Source: Heteronotia binoei
Lineage: Eukaryota
DNA length: 64,000 nucleotides
Direction of reading: 5' to 3'
NCBI RefSeq assembly: GCF_032191835.1
Contig: NC_083227.1
Location: 109,120,001 to 109,184,000 of the forward strand
The position numbers were made by a program, and so were the translations under genes. This document shows, in pieces, positions 50,140 through 62,868 of this stretch. The first letter of the stretch is position 1, and every line of letters begins with the position of its first letter. Under the pieces are notes generated by a model that searched no databases, was not told the DNA's origin, and worked only from the letters and a program-made list of their open reading frames with translations.

Positions 50140-50996
50140 TGCCCACCCACTTGCAGTGCTGCCACCATCAGCTGCCTGGCTCACAAGGTGAAAGAGAGCC
50201 AGATGACAATTATTTCAGCAGCTCCAGCTTACCCCTTTTCCTCCTCCTCTATACATCTGCCTGCCTGTTGACTCATACAGCAGTTACCTCCTCAATTTGC
50301 TCAGCTCCAGTAATGCAGGGCACCCATTCCCCACCCCTTCTCCATTCCCCACAGAGACCCCAGATGGTGGTTCCAGCTCTACACTCCCTTGTCCACTTCT
50401 GGCCCAGGAGATACTCCTTTATACTTGTGTGCTATGACACCCCTGTCCACCTCCCTCCCTAAGAGGCAGGATTATCCCTTTGTTTTTCTTTCCATTTTGT
50501 GACTGAGCTACCTAGTTGTATTTTTTCTTTTTTTCCTGAAGAATGCTGGCCATTTGCTCAGCTCAGGAACCTGAGAGAAGGAATGGGAGCCCCCTTTAAC
50601 TCATATGACTTAAATGGCACTTTAGAAGTTTTTATATTACTAATTAACAAAATATTTTGTTCAACATAAAGGGGAAAGGTCAGGTGAAATCAGAGATAAA
50701 ATTTCTGAGGTAACTCAATATAGATAACTCTTAGGTAAAATCATATTTTAGTTCTTTTAGTTCTTATGTTTCAGGCTAAAGAAAGTTTCTTAAACTATTC
50801 AGAGTTACTTAAAATCTTTATGTTGAGAGGCTTTTATTATCGTATTTTCCAAACACTCCAGCACACTTTCTTTGGGTATTCTCTGACTCCTTTGGTTTCT
50901 GGACAGCTGGTACATTCTTTCGAGTACCCAAACCCCTTCTCTTGAAACACCACTTCTTGTCTTGAGTTTTTAAATGTCTCTTAAAGTCTCTAAAAG

Positions 50997-51296
50997 AGTC
51001 CCGTGGTGCAGAGTGGTAAAGCTGCAGTACTGCAGTCGGAGCCCTCTGCTCACGACGTTAGTTAGATCCCAGCGAAAGCTGGTTCAGGTAGCCAGCTCCA
51101 GGTTGACTCAGCCTTCCATCCTTCTGAGGTCGGTAAAATGAGTACCCAGCTTGCTGGGGGGAAGTGTAGATGACTGGGGAGGGCAATGGCAAACCACCCC
51201 ATAAAAAAAAGTTTGCCATGAAAATGTTGTGAAGGCAACGTCACCCCAGAGTTGAAAACGACTGGTGCTTGCACAGGGGACTACCTTTACCTTTTA
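50997..51296 (+). mobile_element. Full-length Sauria SINE (tRNA head, BovB-like tail)
   Basis: A box gtggtgcagagtgg, body ggttgactcagccttccatccttctgaggtcggtaaaatgagtacccagc, (acctt) tail; 14-bp TSD aaagtctctaaaag. Confidence 0.92.
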
Positions 51297-51959
51297 AAAG
51301 TCTCTAAAAGCAGTTTCCAGCCACACCAGACTAGGGATCTCTGCATTCTTCAGAGCTAGATCCCTGTTTAGCTGGGTAGAGAATTTCCCTCTCTCTCTTG
51401 AAGATCTATCTCTTCCTTGGTCCAAATGGGACTCTTCACCTATTTCCCAAACCTCCTTGCCAATTTTCTCACAGTTTTCGATGTTAAACTGCTCTCAGCT
51501 AAGGCAGAAATCTAACTGACTCTCCTCAGCATGCAGCTCTCAAGTCTTTCTCTGCTCAGCTGATGCTAACCAACCACATTGTTTGGAGCAGCCTGTCACT
51601 CAAGGTTCTCTATTTCTGTGAAGAATCAATCCTTCACAGTCCTTTACTCTGTTTGTACAGCACTTCACAGCTTTTAAAAAATGCAGTCTATCACATGTAT
51701 GCAACATTCTTCTCTTGGGGGGGAGGGTGGATTTAACCCCTGCCAATTTTTCTTTGTTTTTTAAATTTTTCTGCAAACCTGGCAGGTTCCCTAGGTCTGC
51801 TGAAAAATGCCCCCTATCTGGCTCCATTTTCCAGGTCTATCAATATGCACGGGGTCTAGGTGCACAATTAGATATAGGACATACACTACATCTTTTGGCA
51901 CATCACGTACATAGCTAGTTGGTATATATTTGAATCGATGCAAAGGAATGGCCTGATTT

Positions 51960-52133
51960 AACATATGAAGCTGCCTTATACTGAATCAGACCTTTGGTCC
52001 ATCAAAGTCAGTATTGTCTTCTCAGACTGGCAGCTGCTCTCCAGGGTCTCAAACTGAGATTTTTCACACCTATTTGCCTGGACCCTTTTTTGGAGATGCC
52101 AGGGATTGAACCTGGGACCTTCTGCTTCCCAAG
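51960..52133 (-). mobile_element. tRNA-derived SINE, 5'-truncated (Squam2-like)
   Basis: catatgaagctgccttatactgaatcagacc...ggagatgccagggattgaacctgggaccttctgc (B box in reverse). Confidence 0.75.
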
Positions 52134-52987
52134 ATTTTTGCTAATATTCTTGCAACCTGTCTTCCAGTGACCAGGAGTGTCTCACAAATATGTGAACTCT
52201 TTATGCATTAGACAGGGTGGGTGTTGGGAGGTGGAAAGGGAATGTGCCTCAACAAGAGGGATGCATTCCCTCTCTCACCCATTCAGAATGAAGAAAATGG
52301 GGGTAATTAATTTGTTCTTGTGGACATCACCATGAAGCTGTTTCTGCCTGGCTGTGGTTCTGTGATCTCAGGCTCACAACCTGAATCTGATTGGTTGGAT
52401 CACATTGGCAAGATCCTTTTTTAAATGCACCAAAAGAGCAGCAAAGAGACAGAAACGTAATAGCTCTAAACAGCAACACTTAAACACACACAAATTATGT
52501 TTAAGTGTCGAATAGCCAACAGATGGCAGCCTGAGGACTGTAGTTGATGCACAGGGACATACATATAGAGATGGAATGAAAATTTGCCACATCATTAGTA
52601 TACACTTCTATTTTCTATAACCTTTTGTTTCTCTTTTCAGCAAACTCATCATTCTCTATATTGTACCTATTTTTCTGTATCTATTTTCCTCTATACTGTA
52701 CCTAATTTTCTAATTTCCATAGACACTGCATATATTCCTCTTTCACAAGTCTCTTGTGTTTTGCACTGCTTCAGATGTTCAAAAACTAATGTAAATGAAG
52801 TGACATCCTCATTTGACTGCCACATCACTTTTAACTCATTTCTATTACACAATGGGATCACCATCCTGAATAAATGCCTATGTCCTGCAAAAAGTTCATA
52901 GTCATTTCATGGTAACTATCAGGTCTAATAATAAAGCTTTTGAGACCTGATAACTTCTGACATCAGATTAAGTGGCTAGGAGGTTTA

Positions 52988-55226
52988 CAGCGCAATCCAG
53001 GGCTGGGGGAAGGTCTTTTGGAAGCAGACGAGCTGATATGTGGGCGTAGGAAGGGTTTGCGTCGAAGTACGACCAGTGCTGCCACAGTGGAGCAGCGCTC
53101 GAGCAGCCCTCCGCCCATGTACCTCCCCTCCGCTGCGGCGGCACCAGTTGTACTTCAGTGCAAACTCTTCCTGCGCCCACGCAGGAAGGGTTTGTGCCAA
53201 AGTACAACCGGTTCCGCCACAGCAGAGGGGAGGTACGTGGGCGAGGGGCCGCTCAAGCGTTGCTCCGCCCGAGGGCAGCGGCACCTGAGGGCTGTGCCTG
53301 AGCACAGGCAGAAGTGAGGCGGAGCGCGGCATTCAGGTGGAGAAGAGGTGGAGGGGGTGGAGTTGGGGGCATGACCAGGCTTAGGTGGCTTCCTGAGAAG
53401 TTTGGCCCATGACATGCCTCCCCTGAGAGGCGCAATTTTACGCCTGCAAAAATGGCGGCGTGCCTCATAGGCACCCAATACCAAAAACAAAGGTCACCTC
53501 CGCTGCTGCGGAAGCTTGCAAACCCCTTAGGGAGCAGCGTGATTGTCTCGCCAATCCCCTTGTGCCTCGGGCTGATGAGCCCCCTCCCTAGCACCCAATC
53601 GCGGTCTCCCCCCTTCTAGAAATACTTGGCCTCGCACAACTCAGTTGTTAGGGAGAGCAGCGCGTGGCGGGAAGCTCTGCCGGTGAGCTCCTGGCCATAC
53701 AGACTTAGAGTGAGGGACAGGCAGGCATGTTGGTGATGGGTTTTGCACTTTGTGGTTGCTTTGACAGTATCTTTGATTTGCGAGGGGGAGAGAAAGGTAT
53801 TTCCCCTGAGGCTAACTGCTCTTGTTTCCAGGTCTCTGCAGGTTCCAGGCTCCCAGAGGCTCTGCATGCAAGGACTGCCGCCCATGGCTGGGTAAGTTCC
53901 ACTGTCCCCCCCAGCCTTCCCCTCTCCTCACTCTCGACCGTTCGGTGTGCGAGTGTCTCTGGCACTTGAACCAGGCAGTCGGCTCCAGTAGGGGGCATCT
54001 GCTGACCTCACTCCCCTGTGCTGCCACCTGCTCCCTTCCCTTGGTCTACCCTCTGCCATGTTCCCAACCACTGGCGGGACATGGGGCGTGTGTGTGTGGC
54101 AGCTGCCCCATTGAGGGCAGGTGGGATAGTGACTGTCCCTTTAAAAGAGTGCCCAGCTGAAACACAGCCTGCTCTTCCAGTTGCCACCCCTGCAGGTGCT
54201 CTTGATCTCTGTCTCTGTTTTGCAGGTGGGACTCCAACACAGAGGGTTCTGCATGTGCCGCTCCACTGCCCCCCCACTCCCTCAACTGTTTTTGCTCGCT
54301 GCTCGGAGCGGAGCCCTGCCCATGGCAAGACTGCCTAGCATGCACCAGGGAAACTGTTGCACTCTGTTCCAGAAAAATAAAGTCTGAGCTGTGCCCTCTG
54401 TTGTCTCTCCTGCTTGGCATATGCTGTATGTTCCCAGGGCAACTGCCCCCCCCGGTCAGTGGCCTCTCCGAGGGAATGCCTGGGAGGGTGAGCAGACTTG
54501 GTTCTTGGGGGCAGGGAATGGGCTATGAGCTGCCACGCTGCCCCCCGCGTGGCTGGACAGGGGAGGGGGGTGCCACCCCTCAGCCTGCCAGAGCTGACAG
54601 CCTACCCGACCGCACAGGGCTGCTGTGCGCTGGGCACTTGGGAGGGGGTTGCTGAAGTGGATGCATGCCCAGCAGCTCACACTCTGAGTTCTGCAGCCCC
54701 CAGGGGAGGTGTTCCTTGCACATAATGGGGGGCAGCAGCAGGGCAACACCAGGGTGGTGGGTGGTGGTGTCTTTTGGACTTGGTCTGGCCGCTCCCAGAC
54801 ACACATTCCAGCTGCTGTCTAGGACAGGGAACTCCTGCACTTGGCAATTCCTGCTTGTCCACGCATGCCCCTGTCCGTCAGCCTGCCATTGGCCTGCCAT
54901 TGGCAGAGTCTCTGACAGCGGGAGGGAGTGGGGGGATTGACAGCCTCCCAGGTGCGGGCTTTCCTCCCCCTCGTCTGGTCACGTGCAATAGGCTGGCCAA
55001 TAACATGATCCTGTGCAAGCCTGTGCCTCCCCCACCCCGCCTCGGCAGCGGGCCAATAGCGTGCACCTGGGCGGAATCACCATGGCAACGGGTTCTCTCT
55101 CGTTCATCGGGGCCCTCTTCCCTCTTCCAGCATGGCGTATCGTCTCCCCTTTGGAAGCCAATGAGCGGCGCCATAGATCCGTCCATGCCTGAGCGTCCGC
55201 TTGCCATGTATGTCTGGATTGGGTTG
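52988..55226. mobile_element. GC/CpG-rich ~2.2-kb element with imperfect TIRs, possibly a Harbinger-like deletion derivative
   Basis: cagcgcaatccag (52988) vs ctggattgggttg (55226), 11/13 match; sharp compositional boundaries; no TSD and no recognisable transposase motif. Confidence 0.45.
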
Positions 55227-55378
55227 CCCTTTTTCTACCCCCCTCCTGCTGCAGCCCACTGAATGACCCAGAAATTATTCTTATGGTCAGGAGTCCTTGT
55301 CTGAACAGTCCAGAGGGCTAAGATGAAGTCTGCACAGGGAGGGGGGAACTGGCGGGAATTTTCCTCTCTTCTGATGAT

Positions 55379-55649
55379 AGAAGAAGAAGAAATTGGATTT
55401 ATATTCTGCTATTCATTCTGAATCTCAGAGTGGCTCACAATCTTTTTTACCTTCCTCCCCCACAACAGCCACTCTGAGAGGTAGGTGGGGCTGAGAGAGC
55501 TCTCACAGAAGCTGCCCTTTCAAAGACGGGTCTGTGAGAGCTATGGCTGACCCAAGGCCATTCCAGCAGCTGCAACTGGAGAAGTGGGGAATCAAACCCG
55601 GTTCTCCCATAAAAGATTCTGCACACTTAACCACTATACCAAACTTGCT
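55379..55649 (-). mobile_element. Squam3-like SINE
   Basis: (TTC)n tail, B box ggggaatcaaacccgg, head accactataccaaact in reverse. Confidence 0.85.
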
Positions 55650-56491
55650 CTCAATGTGCCCTCACTTCACTGATCACAGGATACAAGTCATTATATCACT
55701 ACCCTCAGTGGGGTATCTAGCCTATTGATGCCTGGGGCAGATAATTTTTTAATATGGCCTCCTTGGGTTTTTTGCTGTCAAGTAAAAGCTGATTTATGGT
55801 GACCCCATAGGGTTTTCAAGGCAAGAGATATTCAGTGGAGATTTGCCATTGCCTGCCTCCACATCAGCCCAGTGAAATATACAGTACCCAACAAAGTCAG
55901 TGCCTTCTGTTCATAATATTAACAAAAGTTTGGTACCATACTACTACTATTAAATACATTACGTCACTAAGCAGGATAGGGAAGAGAAAGTCTTGAAACC
56001 TAGAAGTAAAAATAAAGGGGAAAGGGACACGGAAAAATTAAGTGAAGGGAGACAGAAATGAATGAGAAACATGTGGAAAAGAGGGAGAGAAATTAAGAGA
56101 GGGAAAGGTTGTTTTATCTTGCTGCAGCACCCTAACTACTGCTTTGCAAGATCTGGCTGAGCTGGGTGCAAGGAAAGGAAGAAAGAAAGGCTAGCAGAAA
56201 ATTGCCTGCAGGTAAGCAATTACTGTAGCAGCTCTCAGAGTGCTGGCTTGGTTGTACAATCTGTTAAGCAAGCTTGTTTCAGTCTTGGAGAAAGGAAAGT
56301 CAAGTGGATCCAAAAGTACTATTTGTTATGCTCAGACTTCCCTGTGCTCCTAGCAGCTGCAGCCAGAACTGTGTTTTAAAATAGATGGAAAGAAGTTAAC
56401 CTGGCCGCAGTATGCCCCTGGCTGCACCTGGAGTGGGCTGCACCCCCTGTCCTGCTCTTGGTACACCACTGACTACCTTTGTGCCCTGAAT

Positions 56492-56757
56492 AGCCAGTTT
56501 GGTATAGTGGTTAAATGCGTGGACTCTTATCTGGGAGAATCAGGTTTGATTCCCCACTCCTCCACTTGCAGCTGCTGGAATGGCCTTGGGTCAGCCATAA
56601 TTTTCATAGGAGTTGTCCTTGAAAGGGCAGCTGCTCTCTCAGCCCCACCTACCTCACAGGGTGTCTGTTGTGGGGTGGGGAGGTAAAGGAGATTGTGACT
56701 GCTCTGAGATTCAGAGAATAGGGCAGGATATAAATCCAATATCATCTTCTTGTTCTT
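56492..56757 (+). mobile_element. Squam3-like SINE
   Basis: agccagtttggtatagtggttaaatgcgtggactcttatctgggagaatcaggtttgattcccc ... tcttct tail. Confidence 0.85.
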
Positions 56758-56874
56758 GTGAGCTTTCAGAATCTTCTGTCACTGTTGGAAACAGAATACT
56801 GGATAAGGTGGACCATGCTGTAATCCAACAAAGTGATTCTAAACCATGTTCTCCTACTTAATATATAAGAACAA

Positions 56875-57070
56875 TGGAGGGCATGGTATAGCCTTATCTT
56901 GTCAGATCTTGGAAGCTAAGCAAGGTCAATACTCAGAAGGGAGACTTCCAAGGAAGAATCTGTGGAGGAAGGCAATAGCAAACCACCTCTGCTTCTGACC
57001 CGCCTTGATAGCCCCTTGCTGGGATCACCATAAATCAGCCGCAACTTGATGGAACTTTACACACACACAC
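56875..57070 (+). mobile_element. 5S-derived SINE (5S-Sauria-like)
   Basis: atcttgtcagatcttggaagctaagcaagg...ggaaggcaatagcaaaccacctctg...(ac)n tail. Confidence 0.7.
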
Positions 57071-60000
57071 AAGAGCAGGCCTGCTGGACCAGGCCAGTGG
57101 TCCATCTAGTCCAGCACCCTATCTCACACAGTGGCCAACCAGTTCCTATCCACTTGTATACATTTAAATTTGTATTGTATTATACTTTGGGCAACGAGTC
57201 CTCCAACTTTGATTGTTTGAGTTAGTGTTCACAAATATGCTACTCAAAAGAGTAGCAAAGTCCATATTCTAGGAGAAGAATTGGTTAGTTAGGCTGGGTC
57301 TGAAATTTCATACATAGGACAGGTTGTGGACAGGGTGGGGGGAGAGCAAAGGATAGAAACAAACAGAGAGGGAGAGAGTCAAACAGGCAGCTGCCTAGGC
57401 ACTACCTGGCCTCAGGGGTGGCCAGCCCCCCCTTCCCAAGTGTGCCCCACTACCCCCAGTGCTTCCCCTCCACCGGGAGGGCAGAGCAGAATTGGTGGGG
57501 CGGGGCATCAGCAGGCATGCTCAGAGATAGGCTCCAAGCTCACCCACTTGCCATGCCAACTCTGTTCAGCCTTCCCGAGTACCAGGAAGGCAGAGTGAGG
57601 GCAGCAGGTTGGGGTGGCAGCAGGCACACTTGGAGCTGAGCTTCCAGCATGCCCACTGTTGTGCTGACCCCACTCCCTTTCTTGGGATCCGGGAAGGCAG
57701 AACTGGGTCGGCAGAGTGGGGCAACAGCAGGTGTGCTCAGAGCCAGGCTCCCAGTGCGCCCACTGCTGAATCAACCACACTCAGTGGCCTTGCCACACTG
57801 TGCATGCAGGTGGGGGGAGAAAGGGCATGCCACGTGGGCAGTGGGGCAGGGAGAACTCCTAGCACCAGCCCTGGATGGAGGTCCATGAAAAAATACACTG
57901 GAGATGCAGAGTGGTTGAAAGAAAGGTTCACAGAGTAAGCAGTACATGAGCAGGGATTGACTGGGAAGAAAACAAAGCCCTGGCAAGGGCTCATCCCAAG
58001 GAAGGAGGCAGGGAGGGAGAAAAAAACAGCTAGCTTGCCTACCCAGGCTTCCTTGTGCTGCACATTGTGTTCCCCATGCCCCACATGGCTTAGGTAAGCC
58101 AGGCTCCCTTCTCACCACTGGCCTGGCCTGGTCCAGGTGTGAGGTGAAGACCATCAGACAGCCAGGAAAAGTCCCAATGGCCATAATGGCCAGTCCACCC
58201 ATGTACTTGAGAAAAAAGATTCTGGAACTGACAGAAGCTTGAAGAAATGGCTTGGACAATGTGGGAAACAAGGTTGTCCCATGTACCCTAAGAGTGTTTC
58301 TTTGACTTTCAGAGCTGCATAGAAGGCAGAATTGGGTGAAATATGGCTTTTACCGTTAGTCAGTGTTGTACCTTGGCAATCCTAAGGAAACAGTGAAGGC
58401 CAACAGCTGCGGGATGGGATATTGGATCCCCCCTGCCCATTCTATTGAAGGAAAATCACTGTCCCAAAAGAAGCATGGCAGGCCTCAAGGAAACATATTT
58501 GGCTATGCAACAATGTTTGATCCAGCAGAGACAGTGTTCTCTTCCTTCTCTTGTTTATCCCCCTCCCTCACCAATATGACTCTGGGGAATCTGCATCCAT
58601 TTTTCTTCCTAGAATGCTGTACTCCTTTCAGTTTTCCCATACTAAAAAGATACACAATAATGGACTTATTTATTTATGGACATGCAATTGATTTATGCCT
58701 TTTAATATATTGCTTCTGTTTTAAAGAATTTTTCCTGCCATATATTTGTGATTTCAAAACAATTTTCTGATTGAAGTGATATGCTGAACATTTTAAATAC
58801 CCTTATAAGCATAGAAGGTGTGACTGAAACCATGTTTTGACACCCCAGAGAATCTATTCCAAATCTGTTGAGAGCAAATGCGAGTCATTTTCAGCCACCA
58901 CACTGTTGTGTGGGAAGGAAAATGCACTGTTAAAATGATGAGAGACCATCATTTTGAAAATGCTGCTGTATTCATTCTCCTCAGGGACTATAATTAATGT
59001 AACAGGCTGTTTCTCTTTATTCAGGTCAATGCTAAGGCTTAGCTCAAACATCCCAATGCAACGAAAGGGAGGAGGGAGGAAATCGGAAGAAAACAAGACA
59101 ACAGTGAGGATCCTTGCTTTAAGTTTGCTTGGAGACCACATGGAGCCACTTTGAATCCCAGAGGAGGGAAACATGGGATAAGAATATGTTAAATAAAAAA
59201 AATACATTGAATGAACAAAATATTAATGGAATATCTCCTAAAACTGGGAATAGACATGCAGTTGCTTGATCCCTTTCTTCTGAAGCTTCTTTCTCAGCTG
59301 CTTGCATTTGCACAGTTTTCTTAGGGTTGCCAACCTCTGGCATGGGGCTGGTGATCTCCTGGAATTGCAGCTGATTCTGTGGTGAAAATGGTTGCTTTGA
59401 AATGCAGACTCTGTGATATTATAGACCACTGAGGAACCTGTAGTTGGCAACCTTTTCTTGGGGCTAAAAATTGTTTTTACTCCAGTTGAGAAAAACCGAC
59501 AGGGGTAGAAGAAGTTTGTGGATGGCATCTTGTTTTTGGTTCCAAAACACCAATCGTGTTCTAATTTTTGTACATTATCAGTTGAATCACTCTTTTATAA
59601 AGAGAGTGATGCAAATACAAAGAGAAATTCCAGTAATTAGCTGCATTTATTGATGAAGGAAAATGGCCATCAGTTTTAATGCCAACATTCCAACAGACAT
59701 AATAGTTTGAACAGTTTATGCATCACAAAAGTCTCAATTCTGTAAGCTTTTACAAAACCTTTTTGAAATTGGCTTTAATGCCCCAAAATTCATCTCTCTT
59801 ATCCTGTGCGTAAAGGTATTTTTCTTGCATGTTTAAACTAAAATATATTTTCACTTTTCATAGTTAAATATTCAACATGGTATTCATCATCTGTGTTTTT
59901 TATTTTTATAACTGAGTTTAATTTGTTTCCCTTTCCCCCTTGTATGTATCCTATGCTTAAATGTATTTTTCTTGCACTTTTAAACTGAAATGTATTTTGG

Positions 60001-61067
60001 AAGTCATTACAAAGTTTGACCCATTATATAGCAAAGAGCTGAATTTTATTTGGGGCAAGAAATTTTCTGTTTTTTAAAAAATATACTCTTTAATTTTATA
60101 TTTTTCATGAACATATATGCATAGTAATTGATTGTTGTAACAAATGAAGCCTATCTATTTGCAGTTAGTCTTTAAACACTACTAGCATGCCATGTTTACT
60201 CAAGTGTAAATCCCTTTCATCAGCAGCAATGTTGGTAGTTGCAGTGAAAAGCAGGCTCCTCCATAATATGGAAAACAAATGTGACTGCACATGCTGTTTA
60301 GTTAATTCAAAGAATCTAAAAATATAAGCAGACATGCTGAGCCAACAGAAAACAGCAGCAGTAGTTTAATACTCTATTTATTAGTATCAGCTTTCACTAA
60401 ATAAGCTAGGGTAGGGGCTATCTTAGTGATCCTCTGGCTCTGGGTAAAAGTGCAGGATGGGCCCCCCGGAATAAATGCAAATGTACCACTGCCTCCCATC
60501 ACTGCCAAGAAAGGGGCTGCTCTCACTCCATGCAAGGTAGGCAGGAGCTGGCAGGAGCCAGCTGCCCAAGCCCCACACAGAACAGACAAAAATGGCAGCA
60601 GGAGGCTGCTCTTCTTATCTTTGTATCTCCTTAGATGGTAATGGCCTCTCTCAGCATGGTACCTGGGGCAGTTGCCCCTGTTCTCATTGGCTACAACTGC
60701 TCATGGATTTGGCGAGAGAGAAGAAAGATAATGCAGCTGGTAAAGAGTGCTGAATGTAGTTTTTGAAAGTTGAATATTATAACTCTAACACATAATTACT
60801 ACTTATCAGACCCCAAAATTTCACCCCCCTCTTTTGTATAACTAGCACTATTTTGGACATTCATGTTCAAAGCCCCTCATAGACACCTTGTTAATCTTTA
60901 AAATGGCCCTATAATGTAGATGAATATTATTATCCCCCATATAATGAACCGAGGGAGAAAGCTGCGGCAAACTCATGAGTTTATAGCAGAGGCAGAATTT
61001 GAACCAAGGACTTTTGGCATCACATTCCATTCTCTTGCAGTAATATCCTAAGCGGATATATTCTTTT

Positions 61068-61209
61068 GGATAGCTGAGTTGGTCTGAAGCAGCAGAACAA
61101 AGTTTGAGTCCAGTGGCACCTTTAAGATCAACAAACTTTATTCACATGAAAGCTTTTATCTAGAATAAAACTTCGTTGGTCTTAAAGGTGCCACTGGACT
61201 CAAACTTTG
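61068..61209. mobile_element. Collapsed Penelope-like inverted repeat remnant
   Basis: caaagtttgagtccagtggcacctttaaga / tcttaaaggtgccactggactcaaactttg, perfect 30-bp arms. Confidence 0.65.
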
Positions 61210-61604
61210 TAATCCTAAGAACAATTACACATTTCTAAGCTAACTTCAACAGACTTAGAAAGGTGCACCTTGAATGGCCCAGGGCATCCTAATCTTGCCA
61301 GATCTCAGAAGTTAAGCAAGGTTGGCCCTGGTTAGTACTTGGATGAGAGATCACCAAGGAAGTCCAAGGTTGCTAAGCAGAGCCACCACTGAACACTAGA
61401 GATGTGCACCTTGAAAAAAAAAAAAGTATTTTTCAGATCTGGCTATCAGGGAACTGAAAAATATTTTTGGGGGTTCAGGATTCCAATATTATTTTTTGTT
61501 TGGGATTTCAATATTATTTGACTCCATTATTCCCTATGGGTTATCTTTCCAGAGAGCTGGGGGGGGGGGGGCTTTAAAAAAAGTTAATGGCAGTAAAATT
61601 ACTG

Positions 61605-62419
61605 GGGTGCGGTCACACATCACATTAAAAGTGGGCATGCAGCGCTCCAATTTGAACTGCTGAATACTGATTCGATGCAGGGCCAATCAGACGAGCATCT
61701 AAGAATGCGACTCGCCCCGATATCGTCCTGTTGTTGAATTATCAGATATATTGAATGCTATCACGCTCTTTTCTTGGAACATGCGCACAACCGATCAAGC
61801 AGATTCAAAGTCGTCTCACTCTCAGTTGCTGAGCAATCATATGGGAATTTCTGCTGTGGTGTTTTCACTAAACATGCACCCAAACGTTGGGAGGTGGGGA
61901 ATCAAACGCTGCTTCAAAGAGGGAGGGGAAGTTCTGGGAATTAACATTGCCGATTCAAACTAGGGGACTGCCAGGAACTACTTTTCTGAAAATGGGCAGT
62001 GACAATGATATCTGGAAATCCTCCACATTGAAAAAAAGATTTTTCCCCTCCTGTTCTTCAACTCATGTAGATTCTGTGTTGATCAGAGAAGTAGAAGCCT
62101 CACCTCAGATTCCCAATGTGCCCATGTCTGCTGGGGCTTTAAAAAAAAAAAAAAGTGGGAGGGGTGGAAGGCAGATCCCAAACATTCCAAGGGGCAGTAT
62201 CCCACAGGAGCTGTCCAAACAAGAATAACCTGAATGTGTGCCACTTCTAAGGAAAAGGACGGGACTTTCTCCGGTGTCTAATAATGCTGACATCAAACCG
62301 GGGCAAGTCGGGATGCTGATGAGTTGCATTCGAGGGACAGTTGTGGTTGCCTGGATGTGCTAATAAAATCCAAACAGAAACCGTCGGTAAGATGGATCTA
62401 AAGGCGTGTGTGAACTCCC
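61605..62419. mobile_element. Harbinger-like MITE nested in the hAT
   Basis: Imperfect termini gggtgcggtcacaca / tgtgtgaactccc; 3-bp flank CTG on both sides. Confidence 0.5.
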
Positions 62420-62767
62420 CTGAGGAGTTATTGGTGCCTGTTAACCACATAACCCCCAAGTTTCAAGTGAACTGGCCCAAGAGGTCTAATTCTGTTGTCT
62501 CCTGAACAAGGTGCCCCCAGCTATCCTTACTGTTTCCTATTGGGCAAAATGCCAAGCTTTCTCCATGGCAAACAGTAACCAAACACTCAAGAGCAAGCAA
62601 AGTGACCACTGGCCAAAAGCCTCCCAATGCAAACAGATAGGACAATGTGCCAAGCCTAACACAACAAATGTCAAACCAAAGAATCCTCAAAACCAAACAA
62701 AATGGGAACCTAACAAACATAACATCAGAGAATCTAGCCAATGGACAACCCAAGAATCTAAGGCAAT

Positions 62768-62868
62768 GGGTGCTTTCACATGGCAACTGTTTGCAAGTGC
62801 ATTTTGCTATTCTTATACAGTAAAAATCCAGTTGCAAAGCATGTTATTTAATGTGTGTGAATGCACCC
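62768..62868. mobile_element. 101-bp Harbinger-like MITE nested in the hAT
   Basis: TIRs gggtgctttcaca / tgtgaatgcaccc; 3-bp TSD AAT. Confidence 0.7.

Noticed and set aside
59813-59998. ~38-bp imperfect direct repeat ~147 bp apart
   Set aside because: AT-rich, only two units, no LTR or TSD hallmarks.
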